In this document: positions 53,878-63,327 of the stretch, piece after piece
How positions within the stretch are numbered: the stretch's first letter is position 1
How the letters are laid out: the number at the start of each line of letters is the position of its first letter
Assembly (NCBI GenBank): GCA_017651185.1
Contig: JAGCDJ010000006.1
Location: forward strand, 137,766-201,765
Reading direction: 5' to 3'
From: Bacteroidales bacterium
GTDB taxonomy: Bacteria > Bacteroidota > Bacteroidia > Bacteroidales > ML635J-15
Length of the DNA stretch: 64,000 bases
Notes under the pieces: model-generated
Told to the model about the DNA's origin: nothing
What the model saw: the letters and a program-made list of their open reading frames with translations, nothing else
Databases searched by the model: none
Program-made: the position numbers and the translations under genes

Positions 53878-54380
53878 TAGAGAAACTGAAATACATATTG
53901 TACTTTTTCGTATTGCTTCTTGTGCAGACGCTGATACTCGACCAGATAAGCGTTAGCGTTTATGTAAATGCATTCGTGTACATACTTTTCATAATGATGC
54001 TTCCAATAGAAACCAACAAGTATATGGTGCTATTGCTGGGACTTCTTATGGGATTGGGCGTAGATTTGTTCGATTCCACACTTGGTCTTCATGCTTCGGG
54101 TGGTGTGCTGGTTGCGTTTGTGAGGACATTTGCACTCGACATATTCTCTCCTCACGACGGATATGAGGCCAATAAGCAGTTAAGTGTACGCAATTATGGC
54201 TACTATTGGTTTTTTAAGTACGCAATTACATTGATTCTTGTGCATCACCTGTGGATTTTCTTCTTTGAAAACCTGAGTTTTGCTAACATATTTTTTACGC
54301 TTGGCAAGGTTGTTATCAGTTCTGCTACCTCGTTTGTTGTCATATTGCTGTTCCATCTTCTGCTAATGTCAAGAAAATGA
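53874..54380 (+). CDS. mreD: Rod shape-determining protein MreD
   Basis: A 168-aa polytopic membrane protein overlapping the mreC stop and the mrdA start. Confidence 0.75.
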   Translation: MIEKLKYILYFFVLLLVQTLILDQISVSVYVNAFVYILFIMMLPIETNKYMVLLLGLLMGLGVDLFDSTLGLHASGGVLVAFVRTFALDIFSPHDGYEANKQLSVRNYGYYWFFKYAITLILVHHLWIFFFENLSFANIFFTLGKVVISSATSFVVILLFHLLLMSRK

Positions 54381-56191
54381 AGGAATTTGCTATTCGTAGA
54401 TATCCTATTATCGCAATATTCGTGATTGTAATGATTGCAATCTGGATAAAGGCGTTGCTGCTCATGTTCGATGATTCGCTGAAGCATTCTGCCGAAAACA
54501 ATTCCCGCCGGCGCATTGTGCAGTATCCATCGCGAGGTATCATTTACGACCGTGACGGTAATATACTTGTTTGCAATGAAGCCGCTTACGACCTTATGAT
54601 AACACCTCATCAGATGCAGGAGTTCGATACTACAATGCTTTGTGCCGATTTAAGCATAACCAAAGAAGATGTTGAGTCGCGCATACTGAAGGCAAAGAAA
54701 TATTCGATGTACAGGCCGTCTGTCTTCATGAAGCAGATTGATTCGAAGGTGTATGCGCAAATGCAGGAACATCTTTACCGTTACCCGGGATTTTATGTGC
54801 AGAACAGAACGTTGAGAAAGTATAACGGTGGAATTGCCGCTCATGTCTTGGGTGACATAGGTGAGGTTTCGGAATCGCAGATAGAGGCCGACCCTTATTA
54901 TCAGAGTGGCGACTATGTTGGCAAAAGCGGTGTAGAGCGTGGCTATGAAAGTATTCTGCGTGGTGAAAAGGGAGTGTCGTTCTATCTTGTCAATGTGAAG
55001 GGTGTCGTGCAGGGAAGTTACGAGGATGGCAAGTACGATACTGTTGCTATTCAGGGTAATGACATAACTTTGACTATCTCTAGCGAATTGCAGGAGTATG
55101 GCGAACGGCTGATGGCAAACAAGGTTGGTGCGGTGGTGGCAATTGAACCGTCGTCGGGCGAAGTGCTTGCCATGGTTTCGATGCCTACATACGATCCTCA
55201 ATTGATGGTTGGACGTGTGCGTGGCAAAAATTACGACAGTTTGCTGCGTGCTCCATATAAACCGTTGATAAATAGGGCTGTGTCGTCAACTTATCCACCG
55301 GGGTCTACATTTAAGGTGGCGCAGGCGTTGGTAGCGTTGCAGGAAGGCGTTATTACTCCCAACCAGTCGTTCCCTTGCGATAAGTCCAAGGTAGGATGTC
55401 ATAATCATCCAACGCCTACATCGGTGTCGATGGGAATTCAGATGTCGTGCAATCCGTATTTCTACTTTGTGTTTAGGCGTTTGGTACAGCGAGGTTTAGA
55501 CCGCAACTTGTATAAGGATGCTGCTATCGGGTTGGGTTTGTGGAAAGAGAAAATAGAAACGCTCGGTTTCAATCATGCTTTCAATGTGGGCGTCCCGGGT
55601 GTAAATAAAGGGCAGATTCCTGGACCAGACTATTATAACCGTCTTTATGGAGAAAACCGCTGGGCATTCAGTACGATATACTCTGTAAGTATCGGTCAGG
55701 GCGAGGTGCTTGTGTCGCCGTTGCAGATGGCAAACTATGCCTCGATACTTGCAAACCGTGGCTACTATATTACCCCGCATTTGCTGAAGCAAATTAACGG
55801 CGAGGACTATGAAGGAGAAATGGCACAGAGGGTTGAAACGCCTTTCGACAGAAAGTATTTCGATATCTGCGTTGAAGGTATGGACTGGGTTGTAAACAAA
55901 CCGGGTGGTACAGGGCACAATGCATATATTCCGGGAATTACGGTTTGCGGAAAGACGGGTACAGCCCAGAACCCTCACGGCAAGGATAATTCCGTGTTCA
56001 TGGCGTTTGCACCAAAGGAAGATCCGAAAATTGCAATAGCAGTATATGTGGAAAATGCAGGTTTCGGTGGAACATGGGCGGCTCCAATCGCACGCCTAAT
56101 GATGGAAAAGTACATTAAGGGTGAAATATCCGACCCGAATCTGGAACAACGAATATTAACAACATCAATTTTGCCAAATGCAACAAGGTAG
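54377..56191 (+). CDS. mrdA: Penicillin-binding protein 2 (elongasome transpeptidase)
   Basis: 'PPGSTFKV' (SxxK) and 'GKTGTAQ' (KTG), in an operon with mreBCD and rodA. Confidence 0.9.
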   Translation: MKEFAIRRYPIIAIFVIVMIAIWIKALLLMFDDSLKHSAENNSRRRIVQYPSRGIIYDRDGNILVCNEAAYDLMITPHQMQEFDTTMLCADLSITKEDVESRILKAKKYSMYRPSVFMKQIDSKVYAQMQEHLYRYPGFYVQNRTLRKYNGGIAAHVLGDIGEVSESQIEADPYYQSGDYVGKSGVERGYESILRGEKGVSFYLVNVKGVVQGSYEDGKYDTVAIQGNDITLTISSELQEYGERLMANKVGAVVAIEPSSGEVLAMVSMPTYDPQLMVGRVRGKNYDSLLRAPYKPLINRAVSSTYPPGSTFKVAQALVALQEGVITPNQSFPCDKSKVGCHNHPTPTSVSMGIQMSCNPYFYFVFRRLVQRGLDRNLYKDAAIGLGLWKEKIETLGFNHAFNVGVPGVNKGQIPGPDYYNRLYGENRWAFSTIYSVSIGQGEVLVSPLQMANYASILANRGYYITPHLLKQINGEDYEGEMAQRVETPFDRKYFDICVEGMDWVVNKPGGTGHNAYIPGITVCGKTGTAQNPHGKDNSVFMAFAPKEDPKIAIAVYVENAGFGGTWAAPIARLMMEKYIKGEISDPNLEQRILTTSILPNATR

Positions 56192-57611
56192 GAGAAATAA
56201 TATCATTTTTAATATCGACTGGGTTATAGTAATCCTTTATTTGGCATTGGTGTTCATGGGCTGGATAAATATTTATTCGGCAGTTTACGACGATACACAC
56301 CAGAGCATTCTCGATGTCAGTTGCCAGTACGGCAAGCAGTTGATTTGGATTGGTGCGGCAATAGGCGTGATTATAGTTGTTCTTCTCATTGACAGTAAGT
56401 TCTATTCTACTTTCGCGTACATTATGTATGGGCTTGGGTGTTTGCTTTTGCTGTCGGTATTGCTGTTCGGAAAGGAGGTAAACGGGGCAAAGTCGTGGTT
56501 CGAAATTGGTACATTCCGAATGCAACCTGTTGAGTTTGCCAAGATTGCCGTCTGCCTTGCTATGGCACGGCTTATGAGTTCCGAGAACTTTACGTTCAAG
56601 GATGTACGCAACTATATGTACGTTGGTATTATTCTTGGCATACCTATGCTAATGATTCTGCTTCAGAACGATACGGGATCGGCACTTGTGTTCTGCACTT
56701 TCATTTTTGTGATGTTCCGCGAGGGTATGAACAAGGTGCTTTTTGTTTCGGCTTTTGCATTGATTTTCCTTTTCATATTTGCATTATTGGTAGAAACGTC
56801 GTTGCTGATGCTGATTGTCGGGCTTATATGTGTCATAGGTCTGACGATGCTTTGCGGACGCAACAAATATACGCGCATTGTTTTGTATTCAGCAGTTGCA
56901 TACTCTCTATTGGCAGTAGTGCTATGCATTCTCTCTCCTGAATTGGCAGAGAAGAGCATCAATTTTGCAATGATAGGATATGGTGCAATGTCGTTGCTGA
57001 TGCTAGTCATGTTCTTCATTAGTAAGATGAAACCTATGATCTTCACAATGATATTGATGATAGGCATGGGTGGATTTGTTTATTCGGTGGATTATATTTT
57101 CAACAATGTGCTTCAGGCGCATCAGCAGTCGAGAATTATGGACTTGCTTGGCAAGAACGACGATGTGCTTGGTACGGGCTATAATGTTCACCAGTCGAAA
57201 ATTGCAATAGGTTCGGGCGGAATGTTGGGCAAAGGATTTCTGCATGGTACGCAGACAAAATACAAGTTTGTGCCCGAACAGAGTACCGATTTCATTTTCT
57301 GCACAATAGGCGAGGAGTGGGGATTGCTGGGTATAACCGTTATCCTTGTTTTGTTTGGAATATTGATAGTAAGGATTATAAATAAGGCGGAACGGCAGCG
57401 GTCTGTATTTTCTCGTATATATGGTTATGGCGTCGCATCAATATTGTTCTTCCATGTGGCTATCAATATAGGTATGACGATTGGACTTGCACCTGTTGTT
57501 GGAATTCCTTTGCCGTTCTTTAGTTATGGCGGTTCATCGCTGTGGGCGTTCACTATCCTGCTATTCATCTTTGTGCGGCTTGATGCCGACAGATTGCAGG
57601 TATTCAGGTAG
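56178..57611 (+). CDS. rodA: Rod shape-determining protein RodA (SEDS family)
   Basis: 'PEQSTDFIFCTIGEEWGLLG' and 'PVVGIPLPFFSYGGSS'. Confidence 0.9.
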   Translation: MQQGRRNNIIFNIDWVIVILYLALVFMGWINIYSAVYDDTHQSILDVSCQYGKQLIWIGAAIGVIIVVLLIDSKFYSTFAYIMYGLGCLLLLSVLLFGKEVNGAKSWFEIGTFRMQPVEFAKIAVCLAMARLMSSENFTFKDVRNYMYVGIILGIPMLMILLQNDTGSALVFCTFIFVMFREGMNKVLFVSAFALIFLFIFALLVETSLLMLIVGLICVIGLTMLCGRNKYTRIVLYSAVAYSLLAVVLCILSPELAEKSINFAMIGYGAMSLLMLVMFFISKMKPMIFTMILMIGMGGFVYSVDYIFNNVLQAHQQSRIMDLLGKNDDVLGTGYNVHQSKIAIGSGGMLGKGFLHGTQTKYKFVPEQSTDFIFCTIGEEWGLLGITVILVLFGILIVRIINKAERQRSVFSRIYGYGVASILFFHVAINIGMTIGLAPVVGIPLPFFSYGGSSLWAFTILLFIFVRLDADRLQVFR

Positions 57612-59297
57612 TTATTTCCGCTTGAACTCGTATTCGTAAACGGCTTCGTTCTTCATGTTGTCACCGACAATAACCTTTAATTTATAGGTGTCGGCTTTCT
57701 GGAGGCGATTGTCGAAATTGTAGCGTAGCGAAGATTTCTTTGGCTCGTATTCACCAAGTACCCATTGGTCATTGATGTAGATGTTGTAAGTGCTAACGCC
57801 CGAAAGGTTGTCGGTAATCTTGAATTCCATATACTTCTTGCCAGTCATGTCGCCTGCGATTATAATCGGCTTTATGGTTGGAGCAACGGTGTCTATCAGT
57901 ATGAAGAACTTGCCGAACCTATTTGTCTTGGCTGTTAGCCAACCATTTTCCAGCGATGAGGTAAGGTAGTTGGTTTTTCCCTTTATTTCGCGGCAGACGA
58001 ATGCTTTTTCCTTGCACCGTGGTGGTACAAGACTGTCGTTCAACGAAATGGTAAAACTTTTCTTAACGGTTTCGGTTTCGTCGCCAAGTAAAAATATGGG
58101 AGAATATTTCTTGCTGCCACTGCGAGTTAGGTTTATTTCGCGGTCATCGAACAGAGTTGCGGAATCCATTGTTACACGGCAACCTTCGGTTTCCAATGTA
58201 TTTGATTCATTCCATTTTAGTTTTTTGACATTGTTGTATTTTATGTTGCATGTCGTGTCGGTTACGATTGCAAACTTTACGTTGCTTACATTTCCGTTGA
58301 AGTCGGTAATCTTGATTTGAATGTTGGCAGAATCTTTTTCTCCTATGTTCAGATAGCCGTTGTTCAACAGGTTGCTGTATATGTCGAGGTTGTTGTTTGG
58401 TTCAACGAAAAGTTTTTGCACATATTTGCTGTCGGTAACGTAGTAGTTGAAATCGAAGCAACTGTTCTTACTTGACTGCTTGTCGAAATCAACCTTGTCG
58501 AAAACGGAAGTGTATATTTTTTTGCCGTTGACAAACAAATCGACTTGTTTTGCTCCGTATCTGTTGTTCGAACTGGTCATTCTGTCGCAGTATTCCACGC
58601 CTATTCCTATTCTGCCTTTGGCATAAACCGATGAGGGAAGTTTGTAGTCGCCTGCCGATGTCTTTGTGATGGTGAGCATTTGCTTCTCTGTTTTTCCTAA
58701 TACTGATGCTTTCGCTGATTGCGGATAAATTACAACCGATGAAACTTCGGGTGGGACGTTGTCGGTTAACTTTATGTATTTGCCAATGGTATTGAGCGAA
58801 ATGTCGGTGTCAGTTTCACGTATTTCGAAGTGCAGGTGAGGTCCGCCCGATTGTCCCGTATTACCCGAATATCCAACTATTTGACCTTTTTTCACAGGGA
58901 TGTCGAGAGGGGAGAGAGAGACATCGATGCGGAAGGATTTCTTTTCGTATTGTATGTTCTTGGCGTATGTTGCTATTTCGCCTGCGAATGCCGACATGTG
59001 TCCATAAACAGAGCGGTAACCATTTTCGTAGTCGATGTATATTGCATGGCCGTATCCGTATGGCGAAATGAATATTCTAGATACGTATCCGTCGGCGAGG
59101 GCATACAGCGGTTTGCCATCGGTGTAGGTTCGTATGTCTATTCCCGAATGGAAATGAGTTGCTCGTGGTTCGCTGAAATTTCCAGAAAGTTGTATTGGAA
59201 AGTTTACTGGAAGCGTAAAATCATTGAATGCATCTATTTGAGCGTAAATGTTGTTTATTAATAGTGATATAAATAGTGCTGTTAATGTTTTTTTCAT
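57612..59297 (-). CDS. M23-family metallopeptidase with a large C-terminal beta-rich extension
   Basis: 'HFHSGIDI' and 'GGPHLHFEI'. The real start is 'MKKTLTALFISLLINNIYAQ' at 59297. The ORF-track N-terminal extension to 59432 is a read-through of the tRNA. Confidence 0.8.
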   Translation of the reverse strand: MKKTLTALFISLLINNIYAQIDAFNDFTLPVNFPIQLSGNFSEPRATHFHSGIDIRTYTDGKPLYALADGYVSRIFISPYGYGHAIYIDYENGYRSVYGHMSAFAGEIATYAKNIQYEKKSFRIDVSLSPLDIPVKKGQIVGYSGNTGQSGGPHLHFEIRETDTDISLNTIGKYIKLTDNVPPEVSSVVIYPQSAKASVLGKTEKQMLTITKTSAGDYKLPSSVYAKGRIGIGVEYCDRMTSSNNRYGAKQVDLFVNGKKIYTSVFDKVDFDKQSSKNSCFDFNYYVTDSKYVQKLFVEPNNNLDIYSNLLNNGYLNIGEKDSANIQIKITDFNGNVSNVKFAIVTDTTCNIKYNNVKKLKWNESNTLETEGCRVTMDSATLFDDREINLTRSGSKKYSPIFLLGDETETVKKSFTISLNDSLVPPRCKEKAFVCREIKGKTNYLTSSLENGWLTAKTNRFGKFFILIDTVAPTIKPIIIAGDMTGKKYMEFKITDNLSGVSTYNIYINDQWVLGEYEPKKSSLRYNFDNRLQKADTYKLKVIVGDNMKNEAVYEYEFKRK

Positions 59298-59315
59298 GTT
59301 TGAGGTACTATATTT

Positions 59316-59344
59316 AAAATAAAAGCGGTCAATTTCTTGACCGC
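59316..59344 (-). terminator. Rho-independent terminator after tRNA-Val
   Basis: On the minus strand, GCGGTCAA-GAAA-TTGACCGC is followed by UUUUAUUUU. Confidence 0.6.
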
Positions 59345-59350
59345 TTTTTG

Positions 59351-59425
59351 TGGGAACAATAGGATTCGAACCTATGACCCCCTGCTTGTAAGGCAGGTGC
59401 TCTGAACCAGCTGAGCTATGCTCCC
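59351..59425 (-). tRNA. tRNA-Val, anticodon TAC
   Basis: The minus-strand sequence GGGAGCATAGCTCAGCTGGTTCAGAGCACCTGCCTTACAAGCAGGGGGTCATAGGTTCGAATCCTATTGTTCCCA folds as a cloverleaf. It has a 7-bp acceptor stem, an anticodon loop CTTACAA, a T-loop TTCGAAT and discriminator A. No CCA is encoded. Confidence 0.95.
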
Positions 59426-59506
59426 TTGTCATTAGCGGTGCAAAAGTATTGCAAATTTCCGAACTGACAAAATAAAATCAATAATTTTTCAAAAAAAACT
59501 TTTATT

Positions 59507-60802
59507 TTATTGAAAACCATAGTGTTTGAAGTAGTCTCCAACGATAAATGTGCTTCCTCCAATGAAAATTGCGTCGTCTGACGAGGCATTTTTCTTCGCG
59601 GATTCGTATGCCGAGGGAACATTTGCGTAGATTTCGCCTTCAAGTCCGAACTTTTCTCCGTATGCTTTTACTTCGTTCGCAGGCATTGCACGAGGTATTT
59701 CGGCGTTGGTGAAATAGTACTTTGCATTTTTCGGGAAGAGTGGCATTACGTGTTCCACGTCCTTGTCGTTGACAAATCCCAGCACAATGTGAAGTTTCTG
59801 GCATCTTATCGCTTTCAGCTGAGTCGTTACGTATGATAGTCCGTCAACGTTGTGACCTGTGTCACAAATTGTTAATGGTTCTTCTGCAAGGATTTCCCAC
59901 CTGCCGTGCAAACCAGTAAGTCCTTTTACGTTCTGTAGCGCTTCAGAAATGTAATTGTCGCTTATTGCGAAACCTCGTGTTTTAAGCACCTTTGTCGCTT
60001 CTATTATTGTTGCAAGGTTCTTGGTCTGGTATTCGCCGAAAAGGTCGAATTTGATGCTTTCTGTACCGTTAATTAGGTATTCTGCATATTTGTGGTTGTC
60101 GGTGACTTTGATTTTCTCCACTTTTATTTCCTTGTCGGCAAATGAGATGGGAGATTCCTGTTCTTTTGCTTTTGCCACGAAGACATCTTTTGTTTCGGGG
60201 TGTGTCTCTCCAATCACGACTGGTACGTTATGCTTTATAATTCCTGCTTTTTCGCCAGCGATTAGCGGTAGAGTATTTCCCAGAAATTGCGTATGGTCGT
60301 ATCCAATATTTGTAATTACCGAAAGTTCGGGTGTTATGATGTTGGTCGAGTCCAATCTTCCGCCCATGCCGACTTCGATTACGGCAACATCCACCTTCAT
60401 GTCGTGGAAGTAGTTGAATGCCAATGCAACAGACATTTCAAAAAAAGACGGTTTAAGTCTACCTATAATATCTGTATTGTTGTTGATGAAGTCGCATATA
60501 TAGTTCTCGGTAATCATTTTGCCGTCGACGCGGATTCTCTCGCGGAAATCGACAAGGTGAGGCGAGGTGTAGAGACCTGTCTTATAACCTGCCGACTGTA
60601 GTATCGCTGCAAGCGAGTGCGATACAGAGCCTTTGCCGTTTGTGCCCGCTACATGTATGGTTTTGAATGTCTTGTGCGGATGACAGAAATGTTCGTCAAG
60701 GGCCAAGGTGTTGTCGAGATTTGCTTTGTATGCTGCTTTGCCAACTCGCTGGTACATAGGCAGAGAGTTGAACATAAAGTCTATTGCTTCCTGGTAGTTC
60801 AT
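59507..60802 (-). CDS. folC: Bifunctional folylpolyglutamate synthase/dihydrofolate synthase
   Basis: 'IHVAGTNGKGSVS' is a Mur-ligase P-loop, 431 aa. Confidence 0.88.
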   Translation of the reverse strand: MNYQEAIDFMFNSLPMYQRVGKAAYKANLDNTLALDEHFCHPHKTFKTIHVAGTNGKGSVSHSLAAILQSAGYKTGLYTSPHLVDFRERIRVDGKMITENYICDFINNNTDIIGRLKPSFFEMSVALAFNYFHDMKVDVAVIEVGMGGRLDSTNIITPELSVITNIGYDHTQFLGNTLPLIAGEKAGIIKHNVPVVIGETHPETKDVFVAKAKEQESPISFADKEIKVEKIKVTDNHKYAEYLINGTESIKFDLFGEYQTKNLATIIEATKVLKTRGFAISDNYISEALQNVKGLTGLHGRWEILAEEPLTICDTGHNVDGLSYVTTQLKAIRCQKLHIVLGFVNDKDVEHVMPLFPKNAKYYFTNAEIPRAMPANEVKAYGEKFGLEGEIYANVPSAYESAKKNASSDDAIFIGGSTFIVGDYFKHYGFQ

Positions 60803-61653
60803 TGTTTTGATAGTTTTTTCAGGTCGTCGGATGTGATGTATCCGTAAGTGTTCTTCTTTAGTTTTTGAAAATCGTAGTAGTATATCATTCCTTCCTTTAC
60901 ATCGATGATTATCTTGATGCAGTATTGTAGTCCGTTATCCTCAAAAGGATTGATAATTAATGCAATTAGTGCCTTGTCATCGTTTTTGTCTATCAGTTCT
61001 TCAATCCTTTCGGATGTTACAAATTCTGCTTCGTATGGATATGCCGACTTGAGGTTTGAGTTGCTACGCAAATCCTCTGACACTTCGTCTTTTAGCAGGT
61101 ATAATTTCTTGTCGGCTGGACTGCTGGAATTGTTCATGTAGTAGTCGAGAATTGTTTCCTTTTTTAGTTCTGGGTGCTTGTGACAAATTTCGATATGAGT
61201 CTGGCAGTGTTTCAGCATTGCACCGAGTTTATATAGGTATTTGTCCTCGTCTTCATCCTCGTAGTAGCATAACGGAATGGCGCATAGGGTAGGCATGTCG
61301 TTGAATGTCTTGTACTTGCTTCCGCCAAGCGACAAAATAAGGAATTCGAATTTGGTGTCATCATTGTCAAAATATGCAATATTCGCCATAAGGAACGACT
61401 TGTCGTCGTCGTGGCTTAGTTTCTCGAACTCGCTGGCTTTTATGAATTTATAAGGAGTTATGGTCCAGTGCTTTTCGATGGTTTCCTTTATTTTTTCGTT
61501 GTAATCACTCATGAATTCGTTTTTCATTACGACATAAGTGGTTGTCTTGTAGAACTTTTCAACTTCAGCACTGCTGCCCATTGGCATTTTTATCTGCGAA
61601 AATCCCTGCAGTGCAGTTGCGATTGTTATTAATAATATAGTTAATCGTCTCAT
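60799..61653 (-). CDS. Secreted hypothetical protein
   Basis: I place the start at 'MRRLTILLITIATALQGFSQ' (61653). The longer ORF-track start would overlap the upstream gene. Confidence 0.5.
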   Translation of the reverse strand: MRRLTILLITIATALQGFSQIKMPMGSSAEVEKFYKTTTYVVMKNEFMSDYNEKIKETIEKHWTITPYKFIKASEFEKLSHDDDKSFLMANIAYFDNDDTKFEFLILSLGGSKYKTFNDMPTLCAIPLCYYEDEDEDKYLYKLGAMLKHCQTHIEICHKHPELKKETILDYYMNNSSSPADKKLYLLKDEVSEDLRSNSNLKSAYPYEAEFVTSERIEELIDKNDDKALIALIINPFEDNGLQYCIKIIIDVKEGMIYYYDFQKLKKNTYGYITSDDLKKLSKQ

Positions 61654-61663
61654 TTTTATTGCG

Positions 61664-62329
61664 TTATTTGTTAAAGTATATTGGATGTTTTTTGTTGTAT
61701 TTCTGGACATATTCCATTACGCTGCGATTACGTTTACGTTTGCGTAAACTTGCATATTCTTCATATATTTCAGAGTCGTCCTTGATTAGTTCGAGTAGAG
61801 AGTTGCTACCGTATGAGGTAATGTTTCCAGTGTTCATGTCTATAAAGTAATGCATTAACTCTTCTGTCGTATATGTTTGTGTAGAAGGAATGTACATTGG
61901 GTCGTACATCATGGTTCCTGTACTATTTATGTATCGTGTAACCGTTTCTGTTGACATGAAGTGCGATATTGTTCCGATGTATGGTATAAGGTTGAATTTC
62001 CCTGCCCATAGGATGTTCGGTTTCCCGTTGCTTGCATACCCCCATATTAGTTTACGTGGAATTTCGTTTAATGTTCCGTTTTCATCATAGTAACTTATTG
62101 TTTCACACTTAAGTATGTTCTTGAAAAACTTTTCATCGAATGTTGGCGAAACAAACCTTTCGAACGGTATGGGAGCATTGTTCCTGAATGAGTAGAAGGA
62201 TGTATATAGACCGTTGTTGAAAGAAAAAGAGTAGTCGTAGCGGACAGTGTCTGCTTCATTTTGTTGTGCAGAGGCGAGGGAAAATGTTATTGCCAGCAGC
62301 AAAAATAATATGAAGCGTTTGTTTAACAT
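61664..62329 (-). CDS. Secreted hypothetical protein
   Basis: Signal peptide 'MLNKRFILFLLLAITFSLASAQ'. Confidence 0.5.
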   Translation of the reverse strand: MLNKRFILFLLLAITFSLASAQQNEADTVRYDYSFSFNNGLYTSFYSFRNNAPIPFERFVSPTFDEKFFKNILKCETISYYDENGTLNEIPRKLIWGYASNGKPNILWAGKFNLIPYIGTISHFMSTETVTRYINSTGTMMYDPMYIPSTQTYTTEELMHYFIDMNTGNITSYGSNSLLELIKDDSEIYEEYASLRKRKRNRSVMEYVQKYNKKHPIYFNK

Positions 62330-63207
62330 ATTACCATTAACGATTTGTGTAATATTGAAATTTCAACTGTTTTCCCAACTTCTATTGCTTCTCCGTCTAT
62401 GTTTGCGTATCCGTTGGTGTTGTTGCATATTTTTACATTTTTCCCGCGCAGAATTTTTACTCGAGGCGAGTGATTCAGGTTGTTTGTCATTAATAGCAGT
62501 GCGGTTGGCGTAGCCGAAAGAAGCGGTATGTTTTTCACAATGCAGATGTCGATGAGTCCGTCATCAATCCTTGAATCGGGTGATACTATCGCATTGTAAC
62601 CGAACTGGTTAGCATTTGCAAGGCAGATGAACATTGCCTTGTGGACGGACGAAATTCCATCGATTTCCAGTTTGTACTGGTTGGGTTTGTATTTCGGGTA
62701 CTTTGCAGCAATAAGTTGCAGGTAGGAGTGAAATCCTCGAGTGTTCTTTGGCTTTTCTTGGAATTCCTTGGCAATCAGTGCATCGAAACCTATTCCTGCT
62801 ATGCTTGTGCAGAAATGTCCGTTCACTTCCATTGTGTCTATGCGTTTCATTTTGTTGTCGTTCAGCACTTTGATGGCTTTTGCTGGTGTGACGGGAATTT
62901 TTAGACATCTTGCAAGTCCGTTGCCTGATCCACAGGGTATTATGCCCATTTTTGTCTGAGTTCCAACAAGTCCTGATGCAACTTCGTTGACAGTCCCATC
63001 GCCACCAACTGCGACAACTATGTCGTAGCCGTCGGCAGCCGCCTGTCTTGCGATTTCGGTAGCGTGGTGTGCGTACTGGGTTTCTGCGATTTCGTAGTCA
63101 AAGTTGATTCTATCAATCTGTTTGTCAATGGCTTTGAGTGCAGATTTTTGCTTTCCGGTGCCTGAAACAGGATTTATGATAACCAATACTTTCTCCTTGT
63201 CTGCCAT
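62323..63207 (-). CDS. Diacylglycerol-kinase-family lipid kinase (YegS-like)
   Basis: 'VLVIINPVSGTGK' and 'VVAVGGDGTVNEV'. Confidence 0.85.
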   Translation of the reverse strand: MADKEKVLVIINPVSGTGKQKSALKAIDKQIDRINFDYEIAETQYAHHATEIARQAAADGYDIVVAVGGDGTVNEVASGLVGTQTKMGIIPCGSGNGLARCLKIPVTPAKAIKVLNDNKMKRIDTMEVNGHFCTSIAGIGFDALIAKEFQEKPKNTRGFHSYLQLIAAKYPKYKPNQYKLEIDGISSVHKAMFICLANANQFGYNAIVSPDSRIDDGLIDICIVKNIPLLSATPTALLLMTNNLNHSPRVKILRGKNVKICNNTNGYANIDGEAIEVGKTVEISILHKSLMVIC

Positions 63208-63287
63208 GTTGTTGCGAATTTTCTGCGAAAATAGTAATTAAATTGCGAGGAAAAAATGTTTGCGCTAATTGTTATTAACAAAAATAT

Positions 63288-63295
63288 TACCTTTG
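63288..63295 (+). promoter_or_regulatory. Candidate -7 box (TACCTTTG) for the DUF2797-like gene
   Basis: Matches TAnnTTTG, 33 nt upstream of the ATG at 63328. Confidence 0.4.
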
Positions 63296-63327
63296 TAGAT
63301 TGTGATTATCAGTGCTAAATTTGACTT

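Noticed and set aside
59351-59425. tRNA-Val as an integration hotspot for an adjacent island
   Set aside because: The flanking genes (M23 peptidase and folC) are ordinary. There is no integrase, no duplicated tRNA 3' end and no compositional shift next to it.
59298-59432. N-terminal extension of the M23 peptidase ORF (57612..59432)
   Set aside because: The extension is the antisense-frame read-through of tRNA-Val and its terminator. A proper signal peptide starts at the Met at 59297.
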